DNA of 60,369 nt from Pseudomonadota bacterium (lineage in GTDB: Bacteria > Myxococcota > JACRCW01 > JAFGSX01), in assembly GCA_043821645.1 (NCBI GenBank), contig JBDRCO010000106.1, forward strand, positions 1 to 60,369, written 5' to 3'. The translations under genes and the position numbers were made by a program. Of this stretch, positions 47,482 to 56,645 are shown piece by piece (the stretch's first letter is position 1; the number at the start of each line of letters is the position of its first letter). The notes beneath the pieces were generated by a model, which did not search any database, was not told where the DNA came from, and was given only the letters and a program-made list of their open reading frames with translations.

Positions 47482-48744
47482 TCAGACTCCGGCCAGGGCC
47501 TTGTCGAGGGCGCGGAGGAGATCCTCGGTGTCCTCGACCCCCACCGAGATACGCACCAGACCATCGGTGATGCCGGCCTTGAGGCGCTTGTCCTGCGGGA
47601 TGCAGGCGTGGGTCATCGAGGCGGGGTGCTGGATCAGTGAGTCCACGCAGCCCAGGGACACCGCCAGGGTGAACACCTCGATGGTGTCCATGAGCTTCTT
47701 GCCGGCATCGAAGCCGCCCTTCAGCTCGCAGGTCACCATGCCGCCGAAACCCGACATCTGCTTGCGGGCCAGGGCGTGCTGGGGATGGTCCTCGAGCCCG
47801 GGGTAGTAAACCTTGGACACCTTGGGGTGGGCCACCAGGAACCGCGCCACTGCCATGGCGTTGTAGCAGTGCTTCTCCATGCGCATGGGCAGCGTCTTAA
47901 GGCCGTTGTTGGTGAGCCAGGCATCGAAGGGGCTGGGCGACGAGCCCACGTCCTTGATGATCTTGTACAGCTCGTCCTTGATGGCGTCGTGGGGAGTGGT
48001 GACCACCCCGCCGACCACGGTGCCGTGGCCGCTGATGTACTTGGTGGTCGAGTGCACCACGATGTCGGCTCCCTGCTCCAGCGGGCGCTGCAAGAAAGGG
48101 GTGGCAAAGGTGTTGTCGACGATGACGTAGCACCCGGGGTTGACCTGCTTCACTGCCCGCGACACAGCCTCGATGTCGGCGATCTCGAGGGTCGGGTTGG
48201 TCGGCGTCTCGAACAGGATCGCCTTGGCTCCGGGGTGGGCCTGGATGGCTGCCTTGACCGCACCGAGATCCGCGACCTTGACCTCGACGGTGTTCACGCC
48301 GAAACGGGACAGCACATTGCTGCACAGGTGCTCGGTGGCTCCGTATACGACGTCACCGACCAGGATGGTGTCGCCGCCTTTGGCACAGGCCATGAGGGCG
48401 GCGCTGATGGCTGCCATGCCCGACGAGAAGACAAGGCTCGAGACGCGCCCTTCTGGGTGGTCCAGCTTCCACTTGCCCCCCTCGAGCGCGTTCATCTTGG
48501 CCTCGAGCACCAGCACGGTGGGATTGCCCAGGCGCGTGTACATGTAACCCGGAGTCTCGCCCTTGAAGATGCGCGCGCCCTCGTCGGTGTTCTTGAACAC
48601 GAAGGTCGACGACTGGTAGATGGGCGTGGTGTGCGCCGGCGTGTCAGGCTGGCCGACGTGCTCACCGGCGTGCAGGGCGCGCGTGGCAAAGCCGCAGTCC
48701 AGGTAGAAATGCTTGATGAAATCCGCGTTTTTGGAGTCTTCCAT
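47482..48744 (-). CDS. Cys/Met metabolism PLP-dependent enzyme (methionine gamma-lyase / cystathionine gamma-synthase family)
   Basis: PIYQSSTF, YTRLGNPT, SSGMAAI, ETPTNP, DNTF, HSTTKYISGH (PLP Lys), AVSLG, HPASMTH and RISVGVE. Confidence 0.92.
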   Translation of the reverse strand: MEDSKNADFIKHFYLDCGFATRALHAGEHVGQPDTPAHTTPIYQSSTFVFKNTDEGARIFKGETPGYMYTRLGNPTVLVLEAKMNALEGGKWKLDHPEGRVSSLVFSSGMAAISAALMACAKGGDTILVGDVVYGATEHLCSNVLSRFGVNTVEVKVADLGAVKAAIQAHPGAKAILFETPTNPTLEIADIEAVSRAVKQVNPGCYVIVDNTFATPFLQRPLEQGADIVVHSTTKYISGHGTVVGGVVTTPHDAIKDELYKIIKDVGSSPSPFDAWLTNNGLKTLPMRMEKHCYNAMAVARFLVAHPKVSKVYYPGLEDHPQHALARKQMSGFGGMVTCELKGGFDAGKKLMDTIEVFTLAVSLGCVDSLIQHPASMTHACIPQDKRLKAGITDGLVRISVGVEDTEDLLRALDKALAGV

Positions 48745-49090
48745 GACCTGCTCCTCAGCTGGGCTGTGACGACGTGATGGACCGGCAAGCGATGGCACTG
48801 CGACCGCGCAAAGGCAACCGGGAACAGCTCCCGGATGTCCCATGCGATTTTGCGGCATTGGGCCAGAGGTCTCCGAGGCCACCTGCTTTGACTGGGCTGA
48901 CCTGTGCTTTTTTGCCCTGAGATGTGGTCAGGCGCGCCACATCGAGCTGCGAATCCTGCACGTGAAGCTGCAGGATCTGCAGCTCGGAGCGCAGCCCGAA
49001 CTCGAGACCGGTCCGGGCAGACTCCGGCCACATTCGTCAACAGTCCGAAAAAACGATAGAAAGCTTGCCAGGCTCGCGCGTCGGAGCGGC

Positions 49091-49106
49091 TGGCATGCCG
49101 CTTGTA
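49091..49106 (+). promoter_or_regulatory. Putative sigma54 promoter for the Spy/ZraP-like gene
   Basis: TGGCATGCCGCTTGTA has a strong -24 and a TTGT variant at -12. It lies 55 bp upstream of the ATG (AGGAGG RBS), and a cognate sigma54 regulator is encoded downstream. Confidence 0.5.
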
Positions 49107-49161
49107 ATGTCCTTACCTCGAAGAGGTCGCACACGACGACCTCAACCCCAAGGAGGTCGAG

Positions 49162-49653
49162 ATGAAGATGACACGCATGATGACCCTGGCCGTATTTGGA
49201 CTGGGAGCCCTGTTGCTGGCCACCACCGCGGAGGCTCGCGGTCCCCGAGGGCAAGGCCGAGGTGGCCATGGCGGCAAGGGCGGCATGGGCCCACAGATGC
49301 TCGAGCAGCTCGACCTGAGCAACGAGCAGCGCACCCAGATCGAGAAGTCGCAGCTCGCGATGCGACAGGATCTCGTCGATATCAAGGCCCAGCTGCGCGA
49401 GAAGAAGGATCAGCTGCGCGACCTGTGGCTGGCGGACAACCCCAGCGAGAAGTCCATCCTGGCCAAGCACAAGGAGATGGATCCCCTTCGCAACAAGATC
49501 CGCGAGCGCAAGATCAAGCATCGCCTCGAGGTCCACAAGATCCTGACGCCGGATCAGCGCGCCAAGCTGGGCGAGCTGGCCAAGAAGCGCGGCAAGGGTC
49601 CTGGCGGCCCACGCGGACCCGGTGGCCCCGGCTTCGACCGGGAGGATGACTAG
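49162..49653 (+). CDS. Spy/CpxP/ZraP-family periplasmic chaperone or signal protein
   Basis: Signal peptide, Gly-rich region, and LTxxQ-type motifs LDLSNEQR and ILTPDQR. Confidence 0.85.
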   Translation: MKMTRMMTLAVFGLGALLLATTAEARGPRGQGRGGHGGKGGMGPQMLEQLDLSNEQRTQIEKSQLAMRQDLVDIKAQLREKKDQLRDLWLADNPSEKSILAKHKEMDPLRNKIRERKIKHRLEVHKILTPDQRAKLGELAKKRGKGPGGPRGPGGPGFDREDD

Positions 49654-49690
49654 CACTCTTTCTCCGGCTCCTCGACGACAGCAGGGCTGA

Positions 49691-50986
49691 ATGTCGCACG
49701 ATCGCATGAGCAGCTCGACCCCACCGCGTCACGCCAGGAGTGCACGGTGGGGTCTTCTCGTCGTCACCGTGATGACCGCCCTGGCCCTGATCCTGTCGGC
49801 CCTGGCGGGCATTGCCGGCGCTCGACGGGGGTCCGACGCCGTCACCCAGGCGGTGGGCTTTGGCCTGGTGCGCGAGATCCGGCGCGAGCTGATGTGGAGC
49901 CGGGGGGAGCCCCAGAGCGCCCTGGACCTGGCCCTGGAAGATCTGCGGGATGAGGGCCTGCGATTTGTTGGGGTCTTCGGAGGCCGCGGCGCTCTGGTGG
50001 CCTCGGCCGGAGTAGCGCTCACTCCGATAAGCAACCTGCCTCCGCCGCCCGAGAAGGGCGAGCAAGTTCTCGTTGTCGACGGCGGTCAGCGCGCGCTGGT
50101 GGTTGTCCCCCTGCGCCCCCAGCGCCGCAAGCACGGCGAATCACCGCCCTGGATGAAGGGCCCCGAGCGGCGACGCATGGCACTGGTTGTCGAGTTCGAG
50201 CCCCTGGCGTCGCGGGCCGTGATTCGCCGTGCCCGCATCACCTTCGGGGTCAGTGCCATCGCGGCCGCGGCCTTGATGCTGGTGGCGCTGGTGTTCTGGC
50301 GCATGTCCCGTCGAGCCGAGCACGCCGAGCTGCAGCTTCAGGACGATAGGCAGCTCAAGAGCCTGGGCCAGATGTCCGCGGTGCTGGGTCACGAGTTGCG
50401 CAACCCTCTGGCCTCGCTCAAAGGGCATGCCCAGCTGGTCGTCGAGAAACTCGATCTGTCCCACGCAGCGAGGCGAAGTGCGGATCGGGTCGTGCAAGAG
50501 GCCACCCGCCTGGAACAGCTCACCGGGCAGGTGCTGGACTTCGCTCGCTCGGGCCAGCTGGATCGTCAGCCCACCGCGATCCGAGCTCTGCTCGAGGACG
50601 CTGTGGCGAGCAGTGAAGCGACCCCGGTCCAGATCAACGTCGATGGCTCGTCCCTGGAGTGGTCCATGGACCGCCCTCGCATGGAGCAGGTGCTGGTGAA
50701 TCTGCTGCGCAACGCACGCCAGGCCTGCGAAGGGGACGCCGAGGTGCTGGTGGGTGCGCGCGTCGACAACGGACAGCTGCTGCTCGAGGTTCGCGACCAT
50801 GGGCCCGGCATCGCGGCGGACGATCTGGACAGGATCTTCGAGCCCTTCGTGACCACGAGGGTGCGTGGCACCGGTCTGGGCCTCGCCCTTGCCCGCCGCA
50901 TCGTCGAGGAACATGGAGGCCGCATCTCTGCAAGCAACCAGCCCGGGGGCGGTGCCCGCTTCGTCATCGAGATCCCCCAACGCTGA
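49691..50986 (+). CDS. Sensor histidine kinase (ZraS-like)
   Basis: Two TM helices; HELRNPL, NLLRNA, DHGPGI and GTGLGL. Confidence 0.92.
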   Translation: MSHDRMSSSTPPRHARSARWGLLVVTVMTALALILSALAGIAGARRGSDAVTQAVGFGLVREIRRELMWSRGEPQSALDLALEDLRDEGLRFVGVFGGRGALVASAGVALTPISNLPPPPEKGEQVLVVDGGQRALVVVPLRPQRRKHGESPPWMKGPERRRMALVVEFEPLASRAVIRRARITFGVSAIAAAALMLVALVFWRMSRRAEHAELQLQDDRQLKSLGQMSAVLGHELRNPLASLKGHAQLVVEKLDLSHAARRSADRVVQEATRLEQLTGQVLDFARSGQLDRQPTAIRALLEDAVASSEATPVQINVDGSSLEWSMDRPRMEQVLVNLLRNARQACEGDAEVLVGARVDNGQLLLEVRDHGPGIAADDLDRIFEPFVTTRVRGTGLGLALARRIVEEHGGRISASNQPGGGARFVIEIPQR

Positions 50987-50995
50987 GGACGGGCC

Positions 50996-52321
50996 ATGGA
51001 ACGCGCACTGGTGGTCGACGACGAGGAGGGAATCCGCAGCTTCATCCAGGAAGTCCTGGAGGGCGAGGGCCTGGCCGTGACCACCGCCGTCGACGGTCAG
51101 CAGGCCCGCGAACTCCTCGACCGCCAGGCTTTTCACCTGTTGATCACGGACCTCAAGATGCCGCGTCTCGACGGCATGAGCCTGCTGCGTCAGGCGCGGG
51201 CCCTGGCTCCGGAGATGGAGGTCCTGGTGCTCACCGCCCACGGCACCGTGGACAGCGCAGTCGAGGCCATGAAGCTGGGCGCCCACGACTACCTGGCGAA
51301 GCCACTCTCCGGACCTGGCGAGCTCAGGCTGGTGGTACAGCGCGCCCTCGAGCACCGCAGGTTGCGCGACCTCCAGCAACGGACCCAGCGCAGCGTCGAA
51401 GACGGGGCGCAGGTGGTGGCCGAGGATCCCGCCATGCGCGCAGTGCTGGCCCAGCTTGGCAAGGTCGCTCCGACCCAGGCCAGCGTGCTGCTGCTGGGCG
51501 AGAGCGGCACGGGCAAGGACCTGGCTGCGCGCTGGATTCACGCCCACAGCCCACGCCACGGTGGCGCCTTCGTGGCGATCAACTGCGCTGCGATGTCAGC
51601 GCAGCTCGTCGAGAGCGAGCTGTTCGGGCACGAGAAAGGCGCCTTCACGGGTGCCAGCGAGAGACGCCGGGGTCGCTTCGAGCTGGCAGACGGAGGAACG
51701 CTCTTCCTCGACGAGGTGGCCGAGCTTCCTCTCGAGCTCCAGCCCAAGCTCCTGCGCGTGCTGCAGGAGCGACGCTTCGAGCGAGTCGGGGGCTCGCGCA
51801 CCCTCGAGGTGGATGTACGCGTGGTCGCCGCCACCAACCGCGACTTGCAACAGCAGATGCAGCAGGGGCATTTCCGCGAAGATCTGTACCACAGGCTGGC
51901 CGTGTTCCCTGTGATGTTGCCAGCCCTTCGGGATCGTCCCGCGGACATCGAACCTCTGGCGACGACCTTGTTGCAGAGCAGCGCTGCCGAGCTTGGTAAG
52001 CCAGTCACGGGATTCACCGCCGCGGCCCTGGCGCTCCTGCGGCGCTACCCCTGGCCCGGCAACGTGCGTGAACTGGGCAATGCCGTCGAGCGCGCCGTGA
52101 TCCTGGTCGATGGAGACTGCATTACCGAGGAGCACCTGCTGCTGGGTCCGGTTTCTCCCGCCGCGGCCCCTGCCCTGTCCGGCAGCCTGCGCGAACTCGA
52201 GCGCGAGGCCATACGCCAGGCCCTGGTGCAGCACGGCGGCCATCGCAAGCGAGCAGCAGAGCAGCTCGGACTACCTCTGCGCACCCTCTACGCCAAGCTC
52301 AAGGAGCACGAACTGGACTAG
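50996..52321 (+). CDS. Sigma54-dependent response regulator (ZraR/AtoC-like)
   Basis: REC domain, [28 protein letters not shown] and HTH. Confidence 0.95.
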   Translation: MERALVVDDEEGIRSFIQEVLEGEGLAVTTAVDGQQARELLDRQAFHLLITDLKMPRLDGMSLLRQARALAPEMEVLVLTAHGTVDSAVEAMKLGAHDYLAKPLSGPGELRLVVQRALEHRRLRDLQQRTQRSVEDGAQVVAEDPAMRAVLAQLGKVAPTQASVLLLGESGTGKDLAARWIHAHSPRHGGAFVAINCAAMSAQLVESELFGHEKGAFTGASERRRGRFELADGGTLFLDEVAELPLELQPKLLRVLQERRFERVGGSRTLEVDVRVVAATNRDLQQQMQQGHFREDLYHRLAVFPVMLPALRDRPADIEPLATTLLQSSAAELGKPVTGFTAAALALLRRYPWPGNVRELGNAVERAVILVDGDCITEEHLLLGPVSPAAAPALSGSLRELEREAIRQALVQHGGHRKRAAEQLGLPLRTLYAKLKEHELD

Positions 52322-52373
52322 CGCCCTCGTTCGAATGAGTGAAATCGTCTGTGATCTGGGGCACAATTGAATC

Positions 52374-55300
52374 ATGACACGGTCTGTGCACGGGAAGGTC
52401 TGCGCAAGCGGGTCCTGGCGCTTTGCACCGCGCTTCGCTGCGCTGACCCTCGTCGTCATGTGCATCGCTGATGCCGCACCGGCCCAGGTCGAACAGGACC
52501 TTGCCACCGCAGCTGGGGTGATCCAGCTCGATGGCCCCGCGAGCAACAAGCTCGGGGGTGAATTCCTGGCGAATGCCTTCAGCGTTTACTGGGACGCCAC
52601 CTCGACCGGCAACAGCACGGGCCTGGGCCCTGCCAGCCAGCGCGGCGTTGTCACCTGCGACTTCGATGGTGACGGGCTGCTCGACCTGGCGGTGAGCGCC
52701 CCGGGCTACTCCAGCAATCGCGGCGCGGTCTACGTGTTCTATGGCACTCCCACGCCCACCCGATCCGGCATCGTCGATCTCAACACCTCGACGAACTTCG
52801 ACGTGCGCATCAACGGCGCGAGCGGTGGCCACTTCGGCGTGGACATCGCCGCAGGAGATGTCAACGACGACGGCTACTGCGACCTGCTGGTCGGCTCCTC
52901 GAACCGCAGCAACCAGGGCTCCATCTACCTCTACCTGGGTGGAGCCAGGGCAGCCGGCACCTTCTTCCCCCCCAGCCCCGGAGCCACCCTCGACGGCAGC
53001 ACCAGCTACAGCCTGCGCATCTCACCGTCCGCCTCGACGGACTCGCGCGCCTATTCCGTGACGGTGGGCGACGTGTCCGGCGACGGCGTCCCCGACTTCA
53101 TGGTGGGCGCGATTTTCTTCGACCGCTCAGGGCAGCAGGATGCCGGCGCTGTCGCGATCTACTTCGGCGCGAACACCGCGACCCGGGCCAACACCAGCGG
53201 CCTCAACCTGGACTTCGACACCGTGGCCGCAGCAGGCCAGACCTGGAATGGCTTCAACGTGCGCTACCAGGCCGAGGAAGGCTACAACTCCGGTTTCCTG
53301 CAGTACCACGGCCCGACCGAGAACCTGGGCACGGCCATGGCAGCGCTGGACGTCGACGGCGATGGTGTGAAGGACGTGATCCTGGGCGCACCCTGCCCCG
53401 AGCTGAGCTACGCCGGCGGAACGACCACCTCGACGGGCAGCATCTACTTCATCCGCGGAGGTGGAACCGCGAGCGGCAGCGGCACGGTCAACCTGGGGAG
53501 TGGCGACCTCATCCTGGGCGCCGCCGGCACCTACCATCTGCGTCTGAATGGTGTGCAGGACTACGCCCACATCGGGGGAGCGCTCACCGGTGGCGAGGTC
53601 ACGGGAGATACGGCCGAGGACATCGTGGTGGCGGCGCCCTATGGCTGGTACGGAGGGAGCAACACCAGCCGGCGAGGTACGGTCTACTTGATTCCAGGGA
53701 GCACCAGCTGGCAGGCGCTCAGTAAATCCAACAACAATGCCAACCTCGACGACGCGGTGTACCACTCCACCTGGCGTTTCGACGGCGCGGCCGACAGCGA
53801 CGAGCTCCGCAGTGTGGCCGTGGGCGACGTTGATGGGGACGGTCAGGCCGACATCTTGATGGGTGCTCCTGGTCTCGACCCGAGTGGCCGCAACAACGCC
53901 GGTGGCGTCTACGAGTTCTTCGGACCTCTCGACGGCAACGGCACCGTGGATCTCGGAAACGTCACACCTGCGTACGATCGAAGGGTTGTTGGGGCCGCCG
54001 CAGGTGATCAGCTCGGGCTGACGTTGGACGTGAGTGCCTTTGCCTGCGCCAAGCCCCGCCGCGTCCTGGCCGCGCCCTACGCGTCGAGCAACGCGGGCAA
54101 GGTCTACCTCATGCCCTCCGAGGACCCGGACACCACCTGCAACAACCAGGACGAGGATTGCGACGGCGCGCCGGACGACGACTATGCGTCGCAGCCGACC
54201 ACCTGCGGCCAGGGGGTGTGCGCGTCCACGGGGACCGAGACATGTGCTGGTGGCGTGCTGCAGGACTCCTGCACGCCGGGCACACCAACGGGCACCGACA
54301 ACAACTGCAACGGCATCGACGAGAACTGTGTCGGAGGCAACGACGAGAACTACGTTGCCCTGGTGACCAACTGTGGCACGGGGGTCTGCGCCAGCACCGG
54401 GGCGACTTCGTGCGTCGGCGGTGCCGTGCAGGATTCCTGTACCCCTGGGGCTCCGACGGGGGCCGATGACAACTGCAACGGCATCGACGAGGACTGCGTC
54501 GGTGGAGCCGATGACAAATACACCCCCGTACCCACCAATTGTGGCGCTGGCGTGTGCGCGAGCACCGGCGCGACCGCCTGCGTCGGCGGCGCTGTGCAGG
54601 ACTCCTGCACCCCTGGCGCTCCCACGGGCACCGACAACAACTGCAATGGCGTCGACGAGAACTGCGTCGGAGGCGCGGACGAGAACTACGTGCCACTGGC
54701 GACGAACTGTGGCACGGGAGTCTGCGCCCGGACCGGTTCCACCACGTGCGTGGGCGGCACCGAGCAGGACTCCTGCACCCCGGGTGCGCCGACCGGCACG
54801 GACAACAACTGCAACGGCGTCGACGAGAACTGCGTCGACGGTAGTGACGAGAACTACGTGCCGCTGGTGACGAACTGCGGCACGGGAGTCTGCGCCGGTA
54901 CCGGGACCACATCCTGCGTCGGTGGCACCTTGCAGGACTCGTGCACGCCAGGCGCTCCGACGGGACCGGACAACGATTGTAATGGCATCGACGAGAATTG
55001 CGTCGGGGGTGTGGACGAGAACTACGTCCCGGTCACCACGACCTGCGGGCAAGGCGTGTGCCAGCGCAGCGGAATGTCCTCGTGCGTCAACGGTGTCACC
55101 CAGGACTCCTGCGCCCCGGGCCGCGCCACGGGCGCCGACGACAACTGCAACAACGTCGACGAGAACTGCTCGGGCGGCGCGGACGAGAACTACCCGTCCC
55201 AGCCCACGAGCTGCGGGCTCGGCGTGTGCGCGCGGACCAGCAGTACGGCCTGCGTCCTGGGTGCGGTGGAGGATCTCTGCATCCCCGGGACGGCCACGGG

Positions 55301-56621
55301 TCTCGATGACGACTGCAACGACGTCGACGAGGATTGCTCCGGGGTGGCGGATGACCGCTATACCTCCCATGCCACCCGCTGCGGCACAGGCGCCTGCGCT
55401 TCGACAGGGGTGACCTCGTGCAGCGGGGGCGTCGAGGGGAACAGCTGCGTGCCGGGAGTGCCTCTGTCAGCGACCGACGGCACCTGCGACAACGTCGACG
55501 ACGACTGCGACGGGCAGACCGACGAGGATGCCAGTACAACCGGCGACTGCGCGGGTCTGGCACGTGGCGCCTGCGAACGCGTCGTGTGCCTGTCCAGCGA
55601 ATTTCGGTGCGAGGTGGAGCATCTGCCTGGGTGCTGCAGCGCGGACCAGGACTGCCAGACTCCAGGCTCGTGTGTGCTCGGTCGTTGCGACCTGGACACC
55701 GCAACCTGCCAGCACGACAGGCCAGCTCGCTGCTGCAGCGAGGCCAGTGACTGCGACGATGGCAACGCCTGCACCGACGACAGCTGCGACTCCCGGAGCG
55801 GCGTCTGCGAATCACGCGAGGTTTTTGATTGCTGTCAAACAGATCAGGACTGTGACGACGGTGATGCGTGCTCCGCGGACCTGTGCACGGACCTCGACCG
55901 CTGCGCGCACCGTCCGACCTCCTGCACGGTCGACGGCCCCTGCGGCCAGGAGCTGGCCTGTCTATACAGCGGGCTGCTGGTGACGCGCAGCCAGGGCAGT
56001 CCTGGCGGTGTGATGGTGCAGCAGAGAAGCTCGCAGCTCGTGCTGGGTCTGGGCCTGACCACCGCGGCCATCGGCGGGCACCTGCGCAGTCTGCGCCTGG
56101 CCCTCAGTGGTGTGTCCGACGCTGCCCTGGCTGAGAACACGCTCCGCGCGAGGCTCTACCATGACATCGACGCCAATGGTCAGGTCGATCCGGGGGACAC
56201 GGTCCTGGCCGACACCCTGAGTGATCGCCACGGGGTGTTTGTGCTTGCCGCCGATCCCGGTTTGCGACTTGCTCCCGCCACCCACGAGGCACTTCTGGTG
56301 AGCCTGCAGGTCATCACCCCCGACAGCGGGGCCTGCGCGGTCACCGACCTCAGGCCGAGCTGGTGGTTCTCGCTGGTCTTGCTGCTGGTCCTGCGCTCCC
56401 GCCGGAAGCAGCCAGGTCCCCGGTGGCGACGGCGCCGCTGGTGGCTGGCTGGCGTGCTCATCCTCGGCATGGCCTGCGTTCGCACGGGCTACTACGACGT
56501 CGTGGATGCGCGCCTCGTGCTGCAGGCCGCCACGGATCTTCAGGTCCAGGCCGGTGCCAACGAGGCTCTGTCCGTGCTGGGAGCACCAGTCACCAGCGTG
56601 CCGTTCAAGATCATGCTGTGA
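52374..56621 (+). CDS. Large cell-surface protein: FG-GAP (integrin-alpha-like) propeller, Cys-rich repeats and C-terminal membrane anchor
   Basis: Repeated D[FV][DN]GDG.xDL.vGAP..GxVY motifs, eight 56-aa CNGxDExC repeats, CDDGNxCTxDxC units and a MYXO-CTERM-like segment near the end. Confidence 0.85.
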   Translation: MTRSVHGKVCASGSWRFAPRFAALTLVVMCIADAAPAQVEQDLATAAGVIQLDGPASNKLGGEFLANAFSVYWDATSTGNSTGLGPASQRGVVTCDFDGDGLLDLAVSAPGYSSNRGAVYVFYGTPTPTRSGIVDLNTSTNFDVRINGASGGHFGVDIAAGDVNDDGYCDLLVGSSNRSNQGSIYLYLGGARAAGTFFPPSPGATLDGSTSYSLRISPSASTDSRAYSVTVGDVSGDGVPDFMVGAIFFDRSGQQDAGAVAIYFGANTATRANTSGLNLDFDTVAAAGQTWNGFNVRYQAEEGYNSGFLQYHGPTENLGTAMAALDVDGDGVKDVILGAPCPELSYAGGTTTSTGSIYFIRGGGTASGSGTVNLGSGDLILGAAGTYHLRLNGVQDYAHIGGALTGGEVTGDTAEDIVVAAPYGWYGGSNTSRRGTVYLIPGSTSWQALSKSNNNANLDDAVYHSTWRFDGAADSDELRSVAVGDVDGDGQADILMGAPGLDPSGRNNAGGVYEFFGPLDGNGTVDLGNVTPAYDRRVVGAAAGDQLGLTLDVSAFACAKPRRVLAAPYASSNAGKVYLMPSEDPDTTCNNQDEDCDGAPDDDYASQPTTCGQGVCASTGTETCAGGVLQDSCTPGTPTGTDNNCNGIDENCVGGNDENYVALVTNCGTGVCASTGATSCVGGAVQDSCTPGAPTGADDNCNGIDEDCVGGADDKYTPVPTNCGAGVCASTGATACVGGAVQDSCTPGAPTGTDNNCNGVDENCVGGADENYVPLATNCGTGVCARTGSTTCVGGTEQDSCTPGAPTGTDNNCNGVDENCVDGSDENYVPLVTNCGTGVCAGTGTTSCVGGTLQDSCTPGAPTGPDNDCNGIDENCVGGVDENYVPVTTTCGQGVCQRSGMSSCVNGVTQDSCAPGRATGADDNCNNVDENCSGGADENYPSQPTSCGLGVCARTSSTACVLGAVEDLCIPGTATGLDDDCNDVDEDCSGVADDRYTSHATRCGTGACASTGVTSCSGGVEGNSCVPGVPLSATDGTCDNVDDDCDGQTDEDASTTGDCAGLARGACERVVCLSSEFRCEVEHLPGCCSADQDCQTPGSCVLGRCDLDTATCQHDRPARCCSEASDCDDGNACTDDSCDSRSGVCESREVFDCCQTDQDCDDGDACSADLCTDLDRCAHRPTSCTVDGPCGQELACLYSGLLVTRSQGSPGGVMVQQRSSQLVLGLGLTTAAIGGHLRSLRLALSGVSDAALAENTLRARLYHDIDANGQVDPGDTVLADTLSDRHGVFVLAADPGLRLAPATHEALLVSLQVITPDSGACAVTDLRPSWWFSLVLLLVLRSRRKQPGPRWRRRRWWLAGVLILGMACVRTGYYDVVDARLVLQAATDLQVQAGANEALSVLGAPVTSVPFKIML
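54129..55475 (+). repeat. Coding tandem repeat, 8 x 168 bp (56 aa, 6 Cys each) plus a partial ninth copy
   Basis: Consensus DNNCNGxDENCxGGxDENY....TNCGTGVCAxTGxTSCVGGxxQDSCTPGxPTG at 168-bp spacing. Confidence 0.9.
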
Positions 56622-56645
56622 GTGGATGTGTGGGCCGAGACCGAG

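Noticed and set aside
48745-48930. Possible SAM riboswitch in the leader of the Met/Cys PLP enzyme (CTGGCCCAATG and a CCGGGA/TCCCGG hairpin)
   Set aside because: SAM-I core elements (ATCxAGAG, GCAACC, P1 pairing) were not found by eye. An Rfam/Infernal scan would be decisive.
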